Part shown: positions 47,951 through 61,165 of the stretch, one piece after another | Position numbering within the stretch: position 1 is the first letter of the stretch | Layout of the letters: every line of letters begins with the position of its first letter | Source: Mustelus asterias | Taxonomy: Eukaryota | DNA: 64,000 bases | Assembly (NCBI RefSeq): GCF_964213995.1 | Contig: NW_027590117.1 | Location: 4,898,001 to 4,962,000, forward strand | Reading direction: 5' to 3' | Notes under the pieces: model-generated | What the model was told of the DNA's origin: nothing | The model's input: only the letters and a program-made list of their open reading frames with translations | Database searches by the model: none | Position numbers and translations under genes: made by a program

Positions 47951-49983
47951 TTTGTCAGGGGAGTGGGAAAAGGAGTTGTAGTCCAAAAGTCAGTGAGGGT
48001 GGTGAGGTATTGGGGAAGGTATCAGGGTCAAGGGTGGGTACCGGTAGACAGGAAGGTGGGTTGAAGTGTGTCTACTTCAATGCAAGGAGCATCCGGAACA
48101 AGGTAGATGAACTTGGGGCATGGATTGGTACTTGGGACTACGATGTTGTGGCCATTATGGAGACGTGGGTAGAACAAGGACAGGAATGGTTGCTGGATGT
48201 TCCGGGGTATAGATGTTTCACTAAGTGTAGGGAAGCTGGTAAAAGAGGTGGAGGAGTGGCATTGTTAATCAAGGATAGTTTAACTGCTGCGGAAAGGCAC
48301 TTCGAGGGGGATCTGCTCACTGAGGTAATATGGGCTGAGGGTAGAAATAGGAAAGGAGCGGTCACGTTGTTAGGAGTTTACTATAGGCCCCCAAATAGTA
48401 ATAGAGATGTGGAGGAAGAAATTGCTAAGCAGATTATGGATATGTGTGGGGGTCACAGGGTAGTTGTCATGGGGGACTTTAACTTTCCAAATATTGATTG
48501 GAACCTTTGTAGGTCAAATAGTTCGGATGGGGCAGTTTTTGTGCAGTGTGGACAGGAGGGTTTCCTGACACAATATGTGGATAGGCCGACAAGAGGTGAG
48601 GCCACATTGGATTTGGTACTGGGAAATGAACCGGGCAAAGTGTTAGATTTGGTTGTGGGAGAGCACTTTGGAGATAGTGACCACAATTCGGTGTCTTTTG
48701 TTATTGCAATGGCGAGGGATAGGGCCGTACGGCAGGGCAAGGTTTACAATTGGGGGAGAGGTAATTATGATGCGATTAGGCAAGAATTAGGGGGCGTAAG
48801 ATGGGAACAGAAACTGTCAGGGAAAGGAACTAATGAAAAGTGGAACTTTTTCAAGGAACAAATACTGGATGTCCTTGATAGGTATGTCCCTGTCAGGCAG
48901 GGAGGAAATGGCCGAGTGAGGGAACCATGGTTCACGAAAGAGGTGGAATGTCTTGTGAAAAGGAAGAGGGAAGCTTATGTAGGGATGAGGAAACAAGGTT
49001 CAGATGGCTCGATTAAGGGTTACAAGTTAGCAAGGAATGAGCTGAAAAAGGGGCTTAGGAGAGCTAGGAGGGGACACAAGAAGTCCTTGGCGGGTCGGAT
49101 CAAGGAAAACCCCAAGGCTTTTTACTCTGATGTGAGGAATAAAAGAATGACCAGGGTGAGGTTAGGGCCGGTCAAGGACAGTAGTGGGAACTTGTGTATG
49201 GAGTCAGTAGAGATAGGCGAGGTGATGAATGAATACTTTTCTTCAGTGTTGACCAAGGAGAGGGGCCATGTTTTTGAGGAAGAGAAGGTGTTACAGGCGA
49301 ATAGGCTGGAGGAAATAGATGTTTGGAGGGAGGATGTCCTGGCAGTTTTGAATAAACTGAAGGTCGATAAGTCCCCTGGGCCTGATGAAATGTATCCGAG
49401 GATTCTTTGGGAGGCAAGGGATGAGATTGCAGAGCCTTTGGCTTTGATCTTTGGGTCCTCGCTGACAACGGGGATGGTGCCAGAGGACTGGAGAATGGCG
49501 AATGTTGTTCCTCTGTTTAAGAAAGGGAATAGAAATGACCCTGGTAATTATAGATCGGTTAGTCTTACTTCGGTGGTTGGTAAATTGATGGAAAAGGTCC
49601 TTAGAGATGCGATTTATGACCATTTAGAAAGATGCGGATTAATCCGGGATAGTCAGCATGGATTCGTGAAGGGCAAGTCGTGCCTCACAAATTTGATAGA
49701 ATTTTTTGAGGAGGTAATTAAGTGTGTTGATGAAGGTAGGGCAGTTGATGTCATATACATGGATTTTAGTAAGGCGTTTGATAAGGTCCCCCATGGTCGG
49801 CTTATGATGAAAGTGAGGAGGTGTGGGATAGAGGGAAAGTTGGCCGATTGGATAGGTAACTGGCTGTCTGATCGAAGACAGAGGGTGGTGGTCGATGGAA
49901 AATTTTCGGACTGGAGGCAGGTTGCTTGCGGAGTGCCGCAGGGATCAGTGCTTGGTCCACTGCTCTTTGTAAATTTTTACTAA
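47830..49983 (+). CDS. CR1 ORF2 endonuclease plus RT N-terminal part (true start uncertain; RT continues at 50331-51023)
   Basis: YFNARS, ETW, GGGVA, YYRPP, GDFN, SDH, KSPGPD, DFSKAFDKVPH, PQGSVLGP. Confidence 0.85.
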   Translation: MEHILGKVGPVQTGQGAPEPEGHQCPGREICYGSSGGFKLICQGSGKRSCSPKVSEGGEVLGKVSGSRVGTGRQEGGLKCVYFNARSIRNKVDELGAWIGTWDYDVVAIMETWVEQGQEWLLDVPGYRCFTKCREAGKRGGGVALLIKDSLTAAERHFEGDLLTEVIWAEGRNRKGAVTLLGVYYRPPNSNRDVEEEIAKQIMDMCGGHRVVVMGDFNFPNIDWNLCRSNSSDGAVFVQCGQEGFLTQYVDRPTRGEATLDLVLGNEPGKVLDLVVGEHFGDSDHNSVSFVIAMARDRAVRQGKVYNWGRGNYDAIRQELGGVRWEQKLSGKGTNEKWNFFKEQILDVLDRYVPVRQGGNGRVREPWFTKEVECLVKRKREAYVGMRKQGSDGSIKGYKLARNELKKGLRRARRGHKKSLAGRIKENPKAFYSDVRNKRMTRVRLGPVKDSSGNLCMESVEIGEVMNEYFSSVLTKERGHVFEEEKVLQANRLEEIDVWREDVLAVLNKLKVDKSPGPDEMYPRILWEARDEIAEPLALIFGSSLTTGMVPEDWRMANVVPLFKKGNRNDPGNYRSVSLTSVVGKLMEKVLRDAIYDHLERCGLIRDSQHGFVKGKSCLTNLIEFFEEVIKCVDEGRAVDVIYMDFSKAFDKVPHGRLMMKVRRCGIEGKLADWIGNWLSDRRQRVVVDGKFSDWRQVACGVPQGSVLGPLLFVNFY

Positions 49984-51719
49984 TGACTTAGAGGAGGGGG
50001 CTGAAGGGTGGATCAGTAAATTTGCTGATGACACCAAGATTGGTGGAGTAGTGGTTGAGGTGGAGGGCTGTTGTAGGCTGCAAAGAGACATAGATAGGAT
50101 GCAAAGCTGGGCTGAAAAATGGCAAATGGAGTTGAAACCATAGAAACCCTACAGTGCAGAAGGAGGCCATTCGGCCCATCGAGTCTGCACCGACCACAAT
50201 CCCACCCAGGCCCTACCCCCACATATTTACCCGCTAATCTCTCTAACCTACGCATCCCAGGACTCTAAGGGGCAATTTTTAACCTGGCCAATCAACCTAA
50301 CCCGCACATCTTTGGACTGATAAATGTGAGGTGATTCATTTTGGTAGGACTAATTTAAATGTGGATTACAGAGTCAAAGGTAGGGTTCTGAAGACTGTGG
50401 AGGAACAGAGAGATCTTGGGGTCCATATCCACAGATCTCTAAATGTTGCCACTCAAGTGGATAGAGCTGTGAAGAAGGCCTATAGTGTGTTAGCTTTTAT
50501 TAACAGGGGGTTGGAGTTTAAGAGCCGTGGGGTTATGCTGCAACTGTACAGGACCTTGGTGAGACCACATTTGGAGTATTGTGTGCAGTTCTGGTCACCT
50601 CACTATAGGAAGGATGTGGAAGCGCTGGAAAGAATGCAGAGGAGATTTACCAGGATGCTGCCTGGTTTGGAGGGTAGGTCTTATGAGGAAAGGTTGTGGG
50701 AGCTAGGGCTGTTCTCTCTGGAGCGGAGGAGGCTGAGGGGAGACTTAATAGAGGTTTACAAAATGATGAAGGGGATAGATAGAGTGAACGTTCAAAGACT
50801 ATTTCCTCGGGTGGATGGAGCTATTACAAGGGGGCATAACTATAGGGTTCGTGGTGGGAGATACAGGAAGGATATCAGAGGTAGGTTCTTTACGCAGAGA
50901 GTGGTTGGGGTGTGGAATGGACTGCCTGCAGTGATAGTGGAGTCAGACACTTTTGGAACATTTAAGCGGTTATTGGATAGGCACATGGAGCACACCAGGA
51001 TGATAGGGAGTGGGATAGCTTGATCTTGGTTTCAGATAAAGCTCGGCACAACATCGTGGGCTGAAGGGCCTGTTCTGTGCTGTACTGTTCTATGTTCTCT
51101 GTTCGCTCTGAATGGGGGAACCTCACCGTAAAATGAGAGTGAGATATTTCAGGGATAATTTAGACCATAAGATATAAGAATATAAGACATAAGAATTAGG
51201 CCACTCGGCCACTTGAGTCTGCTCTGCCAATGAAGCATAGCTGATATTTTTCTCATCCCCACTGTTCTGCCTTTTCCCCATAATCCCTGATCCCCTTATT
51301 TAATTTCAGGAAAAGCTTCTTGATAGAGGATGGTGGGAATGTTGAATTGTCCACAAACAATTTTTAATGCTGAGTTTATCAGGAAATTAACAAGCTGAAG
51401 ATGACAAGCAGCCAGTAACATGAAGGTGGATAGTCAGAGTTTCTGTAGGTATTTAAACAATAGTACAATCCCTACTACAGACGTAGGTATTTAGACAATA
51501 AAAGAGTTAAAGTGAGCATTGGTTCTATCGATTCCAGACACACAGCAATGTGGTTGACTCTTAAGTGCCCTCTGAAATGGCCTAACAAGCCAGTGATGCC
51601 CACATCACATGAATTAATAAAAACAATGCTCTGTGCCCCGGAAAGTGCTCTATCCAGGACACTGACTTGCCCAGGCACAGCCACAGGGCAATCTGTGCTG
51701 GAACATTCCCCAGTGCCAC

Positions 51720-51972
51720 TTGAAAAGTTTATTTATTTGTGTCACAAGTAGGGCTTACATTAACACTGCATGAAGTTACTCTGAAAACTCTCTAGTCACT
51801 GCACTCTGGCGCCTGTTTGGGTACACTGAGAGAGCATTTAGCATGACCAATGACCAGAGGAAACCTATGCAGACATGGGGAGATTGTGTAGACTTCGCAT
51901 CGACAGTGACCTAAGCCAGGAATCGAACCCGGGTCCCTGGCGCAGTGAGGCAGCAGTGCTAACCACTGTACC
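51720..51972 (-). mobile_element. V-SINE fragment inserted in the right-arm copy only
   Basis: Antisense tRNA head GGAATCGAACCC...GTGCTAACCACTG; absent from paralog 15660-16075. Confidence 0.7.
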
Positions 51973-52845
51973 ACTCCCATTCAACCAAGCTGCCCGTGTC
52001 TTATTGAAGTTTCCCACTTTCCTCCTCACAGTTGCCAATGCCTCCAAGATTGGTGGCGTATGGAAATGTTGAGCTTGAGTCCTGTACACCAAGGTGTGTG
52101 TCATTAATATATATCAGGAAGAGCAGGGCTCCTAAAACCGAGCCCTGGGGAACTCCACTAGAAACCTTCCTCCAGTCTGAAACACAACCATTAACCACTA
52201 CTCTCCGTTTCCTCTCACTCACACTGTTCCATATGGGGCGGTGAAGATGGCCTCAGCACCCTAGCTATGACTGTAACACTGCATTCTGCACTCTCTCCTA
52301 TCCTTCTCTGTGAATGGTATGTTTTGTCTGTATAGCACGCAAGAAACAATACTTTTCACTATTTACTAATACATGTGACGATAATAAATCAAATCATACC
52401 TCAATCTGAGAATGTGTTTCAGATTTGGATTTGTATCAAATGTATTTGTGAATATTCACTGTGGCCATTAGTACAGTCAATTCAAAACCCCTGATTTGCG
52501 TGATGTATTTAAGTCGAATCTCAGAGTACATTATTAATGTTCATTGTGTAACTTTTAATTAGATTCCATGTGTCAGTTTTATCATATATTTAATTTGGAG
52601 CTGAGGCTGCTCTATTGTGGGATTGACACTGTGATGATCTGATGGCAGGAGTCAATTTGGACTTGGATTTATGGATCCCACTATCAATGGTACTGGGTTT
52701 GATTTGATTTATTATTGTCACATGTATTGGTTTACAGTGAAAAGTATTGTTTTCTTGCGTGCTATACAGACAAAGCAGACAGTTCATACAGCACATAGAG
52801 CAGAAGAAAAGGAGAGGGTGCAGAATGTAGTGTTAAAAGTCCATT

Positions 52846-52928
52846 TAATTGGAGTGCGGTTCAAATGCACATGGACATAAGTCCATTGGATCTGAAGTCC
52901 AACCGCTTAACCACTCGGCCATCCTGGT
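52846..52928 (-). pseudogene. tRNA-Leu-derived pseudogene with TCA anticodon
   Basis: ACCAGGATGGCCGAGTGGTTAAGCGG TTGGA CT TCA GA TCCAA TGGACTTATGTCCATGTGCATTTGAACCGCACTCCAATTA; T-arm and acceptor stem degraded. Confidence 0.85.
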
Positions 52929-53049
52929 AGGATATTTAGAGTCACATGGACAAAAATGTCTGTCTCTCCTGCTCTGTTTGATTGATGGATTGAAAATGTG
53001 TCTGCAACTATTTCTGCTCTCTGAGACCGTTGAACTAATAAGATGTCTG

Positions 53050-54290
53050 TGTGTCTGGAATTGGTTGCATTCTTGGACATACGCATCTCCATCAAGGACG
53101 GTCACCTCAGCACTTCACTGTACCGCAAGCACATGGATACCCTCATGATGCTCCACTTCTCCAGCTTCCATCCTATACATGTTAAAGAAGCCGTCCTCTG
53201 TGGACAAGCCCTCTGCATACAGGATCTGCTCAGATGAGGAGTATTGCAACAGACACCTACAGACGCTGAAAGATGCCTCATAACAACAGGATATGGTGCT
53301 CGACTCATTGATCGACAGTTCCGATGTGCCACAGAAGACAAACACAGGACACGATAGACAGAGTACCCTTCATTGTCCAATCCTTCCCCAGAGCGGAGAA
53401 GCTATGACATCTTCTCCGGAGCCTTCAACATGTCAAGTATGAAGACGAACATCTCGCCAAGGCCATCCCCACACCCTCACTTCTCGCCTTCAAACAATCG
53501 CATAACCTCAAACAGACCATTGTCTGCAGCAAATTACCCAGCATTCAGGAGAACATTGACCACGACACCACACAACCCTGCCACAGCAACCTCGGTAAAT
53601 GTGCCGGATCATTGACACTGATGCCATCATCTCACATGAGAACACCATCCACCACGTACATGGTACATATTCTTGCGAGTTGGCCAATGTTGTCTACCTG
53701 ACACGCTGCAGGAAAGGATGTCCCAAGGCATGGCACATTGGAGAGACTATGCCGGCACTATGACAACGGATGAATGAACACCGCTCAACAATCGCCAGGC
53801 AGGAGTGCTTCCTTCCTGTCGGGGTACACTTCAGCAGTCATGGGCATTCAACCTCTGATCTTCGAGTTAGCGTTCTCCAAGGTGGCCTTCATGACACATG
53901 ACAACGCAGAATCACTGAGCAGAAACTGATAGCCAAGTTCCGCACACATGAGGACGGCCTCAACCGGGACCTTGGGATCATGTCACACTATCTGTAACCC
54001 CCACAACTTGCCTGGGCAAAATATCAATAACTGTCCTGGCTGGAGACAATACACACCTCTTTAACCAGTGCTTGGCCCTCTCTCCACTTACACTGTCTGT
54101 AATTTTAAGACTTGATTACCTGTAAAGACTCGCATTCTTACCATTATCTTGTAAATTGAGTTTGTGCCTGTATGTGCCCTGTTTGTGAACACAGCTTCTC
54201 ACTCACCTGAAGGAGCCTGAGACTCCAAAAGCTTGTGCTGCCAAATAAACCTGTTGGACTTTAACCTGGTGTTGTGAGACTTCTTACTGT
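53050..54290 (+). mobile_element. degenerate Penelope-like element
   Basis: Collinear with 4406-5760 (antisense) but with stops and frameshifts; pseudo-LTR end with degenerate hammerhead at ~54200-54237. Confidence 0.85.
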
Positions 54291-55978
54291 CTGAGCTCCG
54301 TCAGAGACAACGTGAGAAGGAGCCGGCGACTCACTTCCCTGTAACTTGCGTGGAGGAGACATCACATTTATTCACGTTCCTTCAATAATTTGTCTGTGGA
54401 AACAAAGTATATTTTAAAATTCAAGTACAGGTGAGAGAGAAGATACAGATTCCGTCAGTTTAATCTCTATTAATAATCATTGTGAGCGGTTTGTGAGGCT
54501 GCAGCCAGACTCGAGCTCTGATTGCTCACTCACATTTCAATCAGATTCGTAACCAATCGGAGAGCCAGGGAGAAGAAATGGGAGGTTTTGATTGGTTCAC
54601 ATTTTCAAATTGGAAAAGCCCGCCAATTTCAGTGCAGGAAAAATACAAAATAACCGAACGCCTGAATGTTCAGGAAACTACTTCAATCTCACACTTTATA
54701 ATCTGTTTATTGTATTTTCCGCCACAGAATCCTGGCGCTATTTTAGGAACAGTTTGAATTTCTCAATCTCTTATCGAGAACCCGCGGTAATCAGACCCCG
54801 TTCCGCAATTTAAAACGGAGCAAATCTCAGCTCAGTGGAAAAGCAGAAACATAGAGATCACCAACCAACCCCTTCACACAGGCTTCACAGGGACAGAGGG
54901 AAACGGCTGATTTCTGATCCTATCCCCTAAAAGCGGCCGGGAATGTTACAATGGGAAGTGCGGAGAGAATCCCCGGCCCGATCCCGCCGGTGGAACAGGC
55001 AGCTTTGTGTCTGGAGAATAGGGAGGGCCGGGGGGAGGCAGATCTTAAAGCGCTGCAATGGACTTCGGTCCTGTGTGTGCAGAAATCTCGCTGATTCCGT
55101 CCTCTGGGAAAACTGCGGAAGAAACAGATCAGCCCGAGAATAACCTCTTCATTCCCGCCTTTACTCTGTTCCGGGAGCGACGCCCAGATCATCCGACAGA
55201 GGAAAATATATCATTCTCCAACTGCGAAATTCTTCCTTGTTGTCGACAATGCACCGGGATAGACTCGGTATGAAGCAAACTGAAGGATTCATAAAAACCT
55301 TGATTCTGACACCATGTCGTTCAATTATTCACTTGAGCTCAATATGGAGAGGGAACTGAAAACATCAGTAAACACATCAGAAACAGATCAATCCACCGTG
55401 ACAATAACTCCATCTCTGACTCCCTGCTGCCAGGAAGCAGCCCTTTCACCGAACCTGTGAGTTTATGTGTTAAATCTGAATGGGCTTGAGAGAAAAGGGA
55501 CAGAGATCGAGTCTAACGCACTAAGTGGAGGAAGATAGACTTCAAATCCTCTCTGTACCTGTAACAATCTGTGTAAGAATGGAATAAAGTCTTCGTTTGC
55601 ACAGATGGTTATTTGCTGCACAAAAAACGGCGCAAATGATGAAATTGTTGATTAACTGAAATCAGAACCCGAGTTCCAGATATCAACTATTAATAAAAAA
55701 CAGCAACTTGCATGCATTAAAATACTGCCTGTGACAATACTATCGTAACGTGGATGGTGTATTCGCCTGATGAATTCCTCTATCTGCTGCGAGACTGATG
55801 GGGTCTATTTACTATCGTACACAGGGGGAACTCCGGATTGATAAAACAAAGCGGGAAACAGCTGGACTGTGAATAGCAGCGCAGCATCTGAGGGGCAAAC
55901 AATAGATCGCCCTTTTCCAGAAAAAGTGAGTGGCTCTGAAAAGAGCCTTTGGGTTCATCAGATTAAAGAATGGTCGCT

Positions 55979-56428
<450 letters not shown>

Positions 56429-57527
56429 TTATAGCTCCGGGAGGAATGGAGGTGCGGACATTGCTGATTGGTCACTTTGTTGCTGCCTCTCAGCATCTTG
56501 TTCATATGACCAATCAGAAATCTGCTTAACTCAGCAATCCGGAGAGCCCACGGAGTGAGGGCGGAAAATAACGGCGCCAAAATCTCAGATTCCAACCGAT
56601 TTCATTTCAAACTGTAAAAGCCGCCAAAGCGGAAAGAACAAGAGTTTCGAAAATTATACGAATAGGTAATGGTTAATTAATTTTGAGTAATGTAAGAATC
56701 TCCCTTTCTCTCCGTCCCCAGTCTATAGTTAACCTGTATCTGGCAGTTTCTGATTTTCAGCCTGGGTTTTTCGGAAAATAAGTCGAAAATAACAAAATTT
56801 TCACGATTCATTTTTGAAAAGTTCGCAGATGTATTTATAAAACAAGAAATACATTTCAAATAAAATCTCTCAATAATTAACTGTCGAACAACAAAGTGTT
56901 TAAAACATCAGTCTGTGTTTGCACCATTTCACATTTTATCCCAAGTTGCAGATTTGCTTTTAGAATCCTGGATCCATTCGGCGTTAATCTCGGCCCTTTT
57001 TAAAACTCGAACTCGCCGCCAGAAAGTCTCATTGACATCGTTCTGTAAACGGACGGGATGTTCTCCATATTCGTGAGAATCAAGAGGGGAGTGAACATTT
57101 TCGGTGTAAATTGACCAGTGACGAGACTGAGGTTCCTGCACAACCGGGGCTGATGGGGAATAAACTGATCGATTATTAAGACCAAACTGGAACAGAATTG
57201 GAAGCTGACACATTTGCTCCATTAGCTCTCTCTCTCTCTCTCCCTCTCTAAAGTCGGGGAAACGGGCCTCTGAGATCTAAGTGCAGAGGCGGTCGGAAAC
57301 CAATTAATTAATTAATGAAACATTATTAATCAGACGCTGGGCGATCAACTTGCATTACTCAGTACCTATCATTGATCAACAGTAAAAACAACAATTAGAT
57401 TGTTCGAGACGCGTCAGAGTGAAAGATTAATTGAAACTAAATGGATGATACAGCTTTTTCAGGGAGATTGTGAGTGGCTCTTAAAAGAGCCGTTGTGTTT
57501 GGGATGTTATTCAGTCCATGGGGGGTT

Positions 57528-57902
57528 TTACTTGGAGCTGGTGTACTTGGTCACCGCCTTTGTCCCTTCCGACACGGCGTGCTTGGCCAGTTCCCCGGGC
57601 AGCAGCAGGCGCACGGCGGTCTGGATCTCCCGGGAGCTGATGGTGCTGCGCTTGTTGTAATGGGCCAGGCGGGAAGCCTCACCCGCGATGCGCTCGAAAA
57701 TATCGTTCACGAACGAGTTCATGATGCTCATGGCCTTGGAGGAGATGCCGGTGTCGGGGTGAACCTGCTTCATCACTTTGTAGATGTAGATGGAGTAACT
57801 CTCCTTCCTCGACTTTCGCCGCTTCTTGCCGCCCTTTACTACCGGTTTCTTAATCACTTTCTTCGCCCCCTTCTTCGGAGCTGCTTTCTTCTCATCAACC
57901 AT
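57528..57902 (-). CDS. H2B: histone H2B (MVDEKK N-terminus, intact promoter)
   Basis: [14 protein letters not shown]...IAGEASRL...TKYTSSK; stem-loop at 57476-57491; CTATAAAAG and ATTAGCAT upstream at ~57955-57986. Confidence 0.97.
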   Translation of the reverse strand: MVDEKKAAPKKGAKKVIKKPVVKGGKKRRKSRKESYSIYIYKVMKQVHPDTGISSKAMSIMNSFVNDIFERIAGEASRLAHYNKRSTISSREIQTAVRLLLPGELAKHAVSEGTKAVTKYTSSK

Positions 57903-58482
57903 CCTCACAGTTAATTTCAGACACAGAATCACTAAGTCGCGCTCGGAACTCCTCTTTTATAGACCAAAGCAGAGGCCTATGCTAATGAAGGATGGCTGAA
58001 AGCCCCGTTCCCCATTGGCCCATTCACAGTGATGTCAATTCGTAACGCTCTCTCTCTGATTGGTTAGTTCAGAGACACAAACACAGAGTTTGTGGATTTG
58101 GGCAGTAACCAGTCTGTTGTCAATCCGTCCTTTCCCCTTGTCCGCCCCGATCCACCCAACCCCCTGACTCTCTCACTCCCTCTGCCGCACCAGCGCATTC
58201 TCTCTGCTGCTAATCCCACATCACTCTATCAGACTGCTGATACTGTTCATACATTTCCCCTTCCTCTGCTTTACTTCCGTCCATCACCGGGAGCTGGCAG
58301 TGTACAATATCTGGGCGTGTGGAAGGGGAATAAGTTTGATGAGCAACAGCCACATTGACATTGTTGCTAAAACAAAAAGCTGACTGCAAGAAGAAGTGGA
58401 ATTAGAATTGGATATTACTGGCTACAAGCCTTGATACGGTTCCACACCAGAGGCAAATAAAGAAAATGAGAGCACGTGGAAT

Positions 58483-58605
58483 GGGGGGGGGGGGGTGGTT
58501 GGGGAGGGGGGTGGCTGGGGGCTTGGGGGAGGAGGGGGCTGGGAGGGTGGAGGGGGCTGGGGGGGGGGGGGTTGGAGGGGGCTGGGGAGGAGGGGGCTGG
58601 GGGAG
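58483..58605 (+). repeat. G-rich low-complexity tract (potential G-quadruplex)
   Basis: More than 12 runs of G3 or longer separated by short linkers. Confidence 0.8.
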
Positions 58606-59559
58606 AGAATATCCTGGAATAGACTGAGAACGAGCTGATGGACAGAGAACTGAGAGTAGGAACAAATGGGTCATTTTCAAGTTAGCAGGCTATGACAAGT
58701 GGGCTACCACAAGGATCAGTGTTTGGGCCACTGCTATTTCCAATCTATGTATCAATGATTTGGGATTAAAGGTAATATTTCCAAATTGGTAGCTGTCACA
58801 AACAAGGTGGATGTGTGAGTTGTGAAAAGGAGGCAAAGACTCTTTGTGTGTATTTGAAGAGGCTGAGCGAATGGGCAACAATTTTGCAGATAGAATGCAA
58901 TGCGCAGAGATATGAGGAGATTTAATCATTAAATATGTTCAAGAGTGAGATTGATAGATTTCTACATGTCAAAAACACCAAGGGTTACGGGGATAGTTCA
59001 GGAAAATGGTGTTGAAGTGGAAAATCAGTCATGATCTCACTGTATGGCAATGTGGACTCGAAGAGCTGAATGGCCTACTCTTGCTCCAATTTCTTATCTT
59101 CTAATTATGCTTTAGCATGGTCATCATTCTGTGACTGTCATTAACGATAAATGGGTACAAGGTATTTCTTGTACCCTGTCACAATATGACTGTGGCTTTA
59201 AAAATAGAACAGAGCATGTCCATAGCTAGTGACTGACCTCCTATTTTCCAAAAGGCATTCCACAATTGAATTCCACATTTAGGTAAGGGATGGAATACTC
59301 TCCACTCACTGGTCAGTGCACCTCCAACAACACCAAAGAATCTCAGAAACAAATCTAGTTTGTGGTTTCACTTGCAAACCATTCATCAGCTTCAGCATTT
59401 ACTCCCTCAACCATTCACACACAGTGTGCACCATTTGTGAAGTACACTGCAAGAACAGGCAACACAATGGTTAGACAGCTGCCTCACAATGCCATGGACC
59501 CAGGTTCGTTTCCGGCCTCGGACGCCTGTCTTTGTGGAGTTTGCATATTCTCCCCTGAG

Positions 59560-61165
59560 ATGTTCGGAGGGAGGATGTCCTGGCAGTTTTGAATAAACTG
59601 AAGGTCGTTAAGTCCCCTGGGCCTGATTAAATGTATCCTAGGATTCTTTGGGAGGCAAGGGATGAGATTGCAGAGCCTTTGGCTTTGATCTTTGGGTCCT
59701 CGCTGTCCACGGGGATGGGGCCAGAGGACTGGAGAATGGCGAATGTTGTTCCTCTGTTTAAGAAAGGGAATAGAAATGACCCTGGTAATTATAGACCGGT
59801 TAGTCTTCCTTCGGTGGTTGGTAAATTGATGGAAAAGGTCCTTAGGGATGGGATTTACGACCATTTAGAAAGATGCGGATTAATCCGGGATAGTCAGCAC
59901 GGATTCGTGAATGGCAAGTCGTGCCTCACAAATTTGATAGAATTTTGTGAGGAGGTAACTAAGCGTGTTGATGAAGGTAGGGCAGTTGACGTCATATACA
60001 TGGATTTTAGTAAGGCGTTTGATAAGGTCCCCCATGGTCGGCTTATGATGAAAGTGAGGAGGTGTGGGATAGAGGGAAAGTTGGCCGATTGGATAGGTAA
60101 CTGGCTGTCTGATCGAAGACAGAGGGTGGTGGTGGATGGAAAATTTTTGGATTGGAGGCAGGTTGCTAGCGGAGTGCCGCAGGGATCAGTGCTTGGTCCT
60201 CTGCTCTTTGTGATTTTTATTAATGACTTCGAGGAGGGGGCTGAAGGGTGGATCAGTGAATTTGCTGATGACACCAAGATTGGTGGAGTAGTGGATGAGG
60301 TGGGGGGTTGTTGTAGGCTGCAAAGAGACATAGATAGGATGCAAAGCTGGGCTGAAAATGGCAAAGGGAATTTAACCCTGATAAATGTGAGGTGATTCAT
60401 TTTGGTAGGACTAATTTAAATGTGGATTACAGGGTCAAAGGTAGGGTTCTGAAGACTATGGAGGAGCAGAGAGATCTTGGGGTCCATATCCACAGATCTC
60501 TAAAGGTTGCCACTCAAGTGGATAGAGCTGTGAAGAAGGCCTATAGTGTGTTAGCTTTTATTAACAGGGGGTTGGAGTTTAAGAGCCGTGGGGTTATGCT
60601 GCAACTGTACAGGACCTTGGTGAGACCACATTTGGAATATTGTGTGCAGTTCTGGTCACCTCACTATAAGAAGGATGTGGAAGCGTTGGAAAGAGTGCAG
60701 AGGAGATTTACCAGGATGCTGCCTGGTTTGGAGGGTAGGTCATATGAGGAAAGGTTGAGGGAGCTAGGGCTGTTCTCTCTGGAGCGGAGGAGGCTGAGGG
60801 GAGACTTAATAGAGGTTTATAAAATGATGAAGGGGATAGATAGAGTGAACGTTCAAAGACTATTTCCTCGGGTGGATGGAGCTATTACAAGGGGGCATAA
60901 CTATAGGGTTCGTGGTGGGAGATACAGGAAGGATATCAGAGGTAGGTTCTTTACGCAGAGAGTGGTTGGGGTGTGGAATGGACTGCCTGCAGTGATAGTG
61001 GAGTCAGACACTTTAGGAACACTTAAGCGGTTATTGGATAGGCACATGGAGCACACCAGGATGATAGGGAGCGGGATAGCTTGATCTTGGTTTCAGATAA
61101 AGCTCGGCACAACATCGTGGGCCGAAGGGCCTGTTCTGTGCTGTACTGTTCTATGTTCTATGTTT
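59560..61165 (+). mobile_element. 5'-truncated CR1 LINE (same family as 47243-51100) nested in a V-SINE (59455-59555 / 61165-61396)
   Basis: RT ORFs 59631-60395 and 60392-61084 are nearly identical to 49390-51023; (TTCTATG)n tail. Confidence 0.9.

Larger units (their letters stand above)
47243..51100 (+). mobile_element. near-full-length CR1 LINE (ORF1 esterase plus ORF2 EN-RT), frameshifted and SINE-interrupted
   Basis: ORF1 and ORF2 as listed; frameshift near 49980; HE1 fragment at 50138-50317; (TTCTATG) tail at ~51090. Confidence 0.92.

Noticed and set aside
52846-52928. selenocysteine tRNA (TCA anticodon)
   Set aside because: The body is a tRNA-Leu(TAA) paralog of 10398-10480 and lacks the tRNA-Sec sequence and 9/4 fold.
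58402-58680. proline-rich 92-aa ORF
   Set aside because: Translation of the C-rich strand of a low-complexity G tract.
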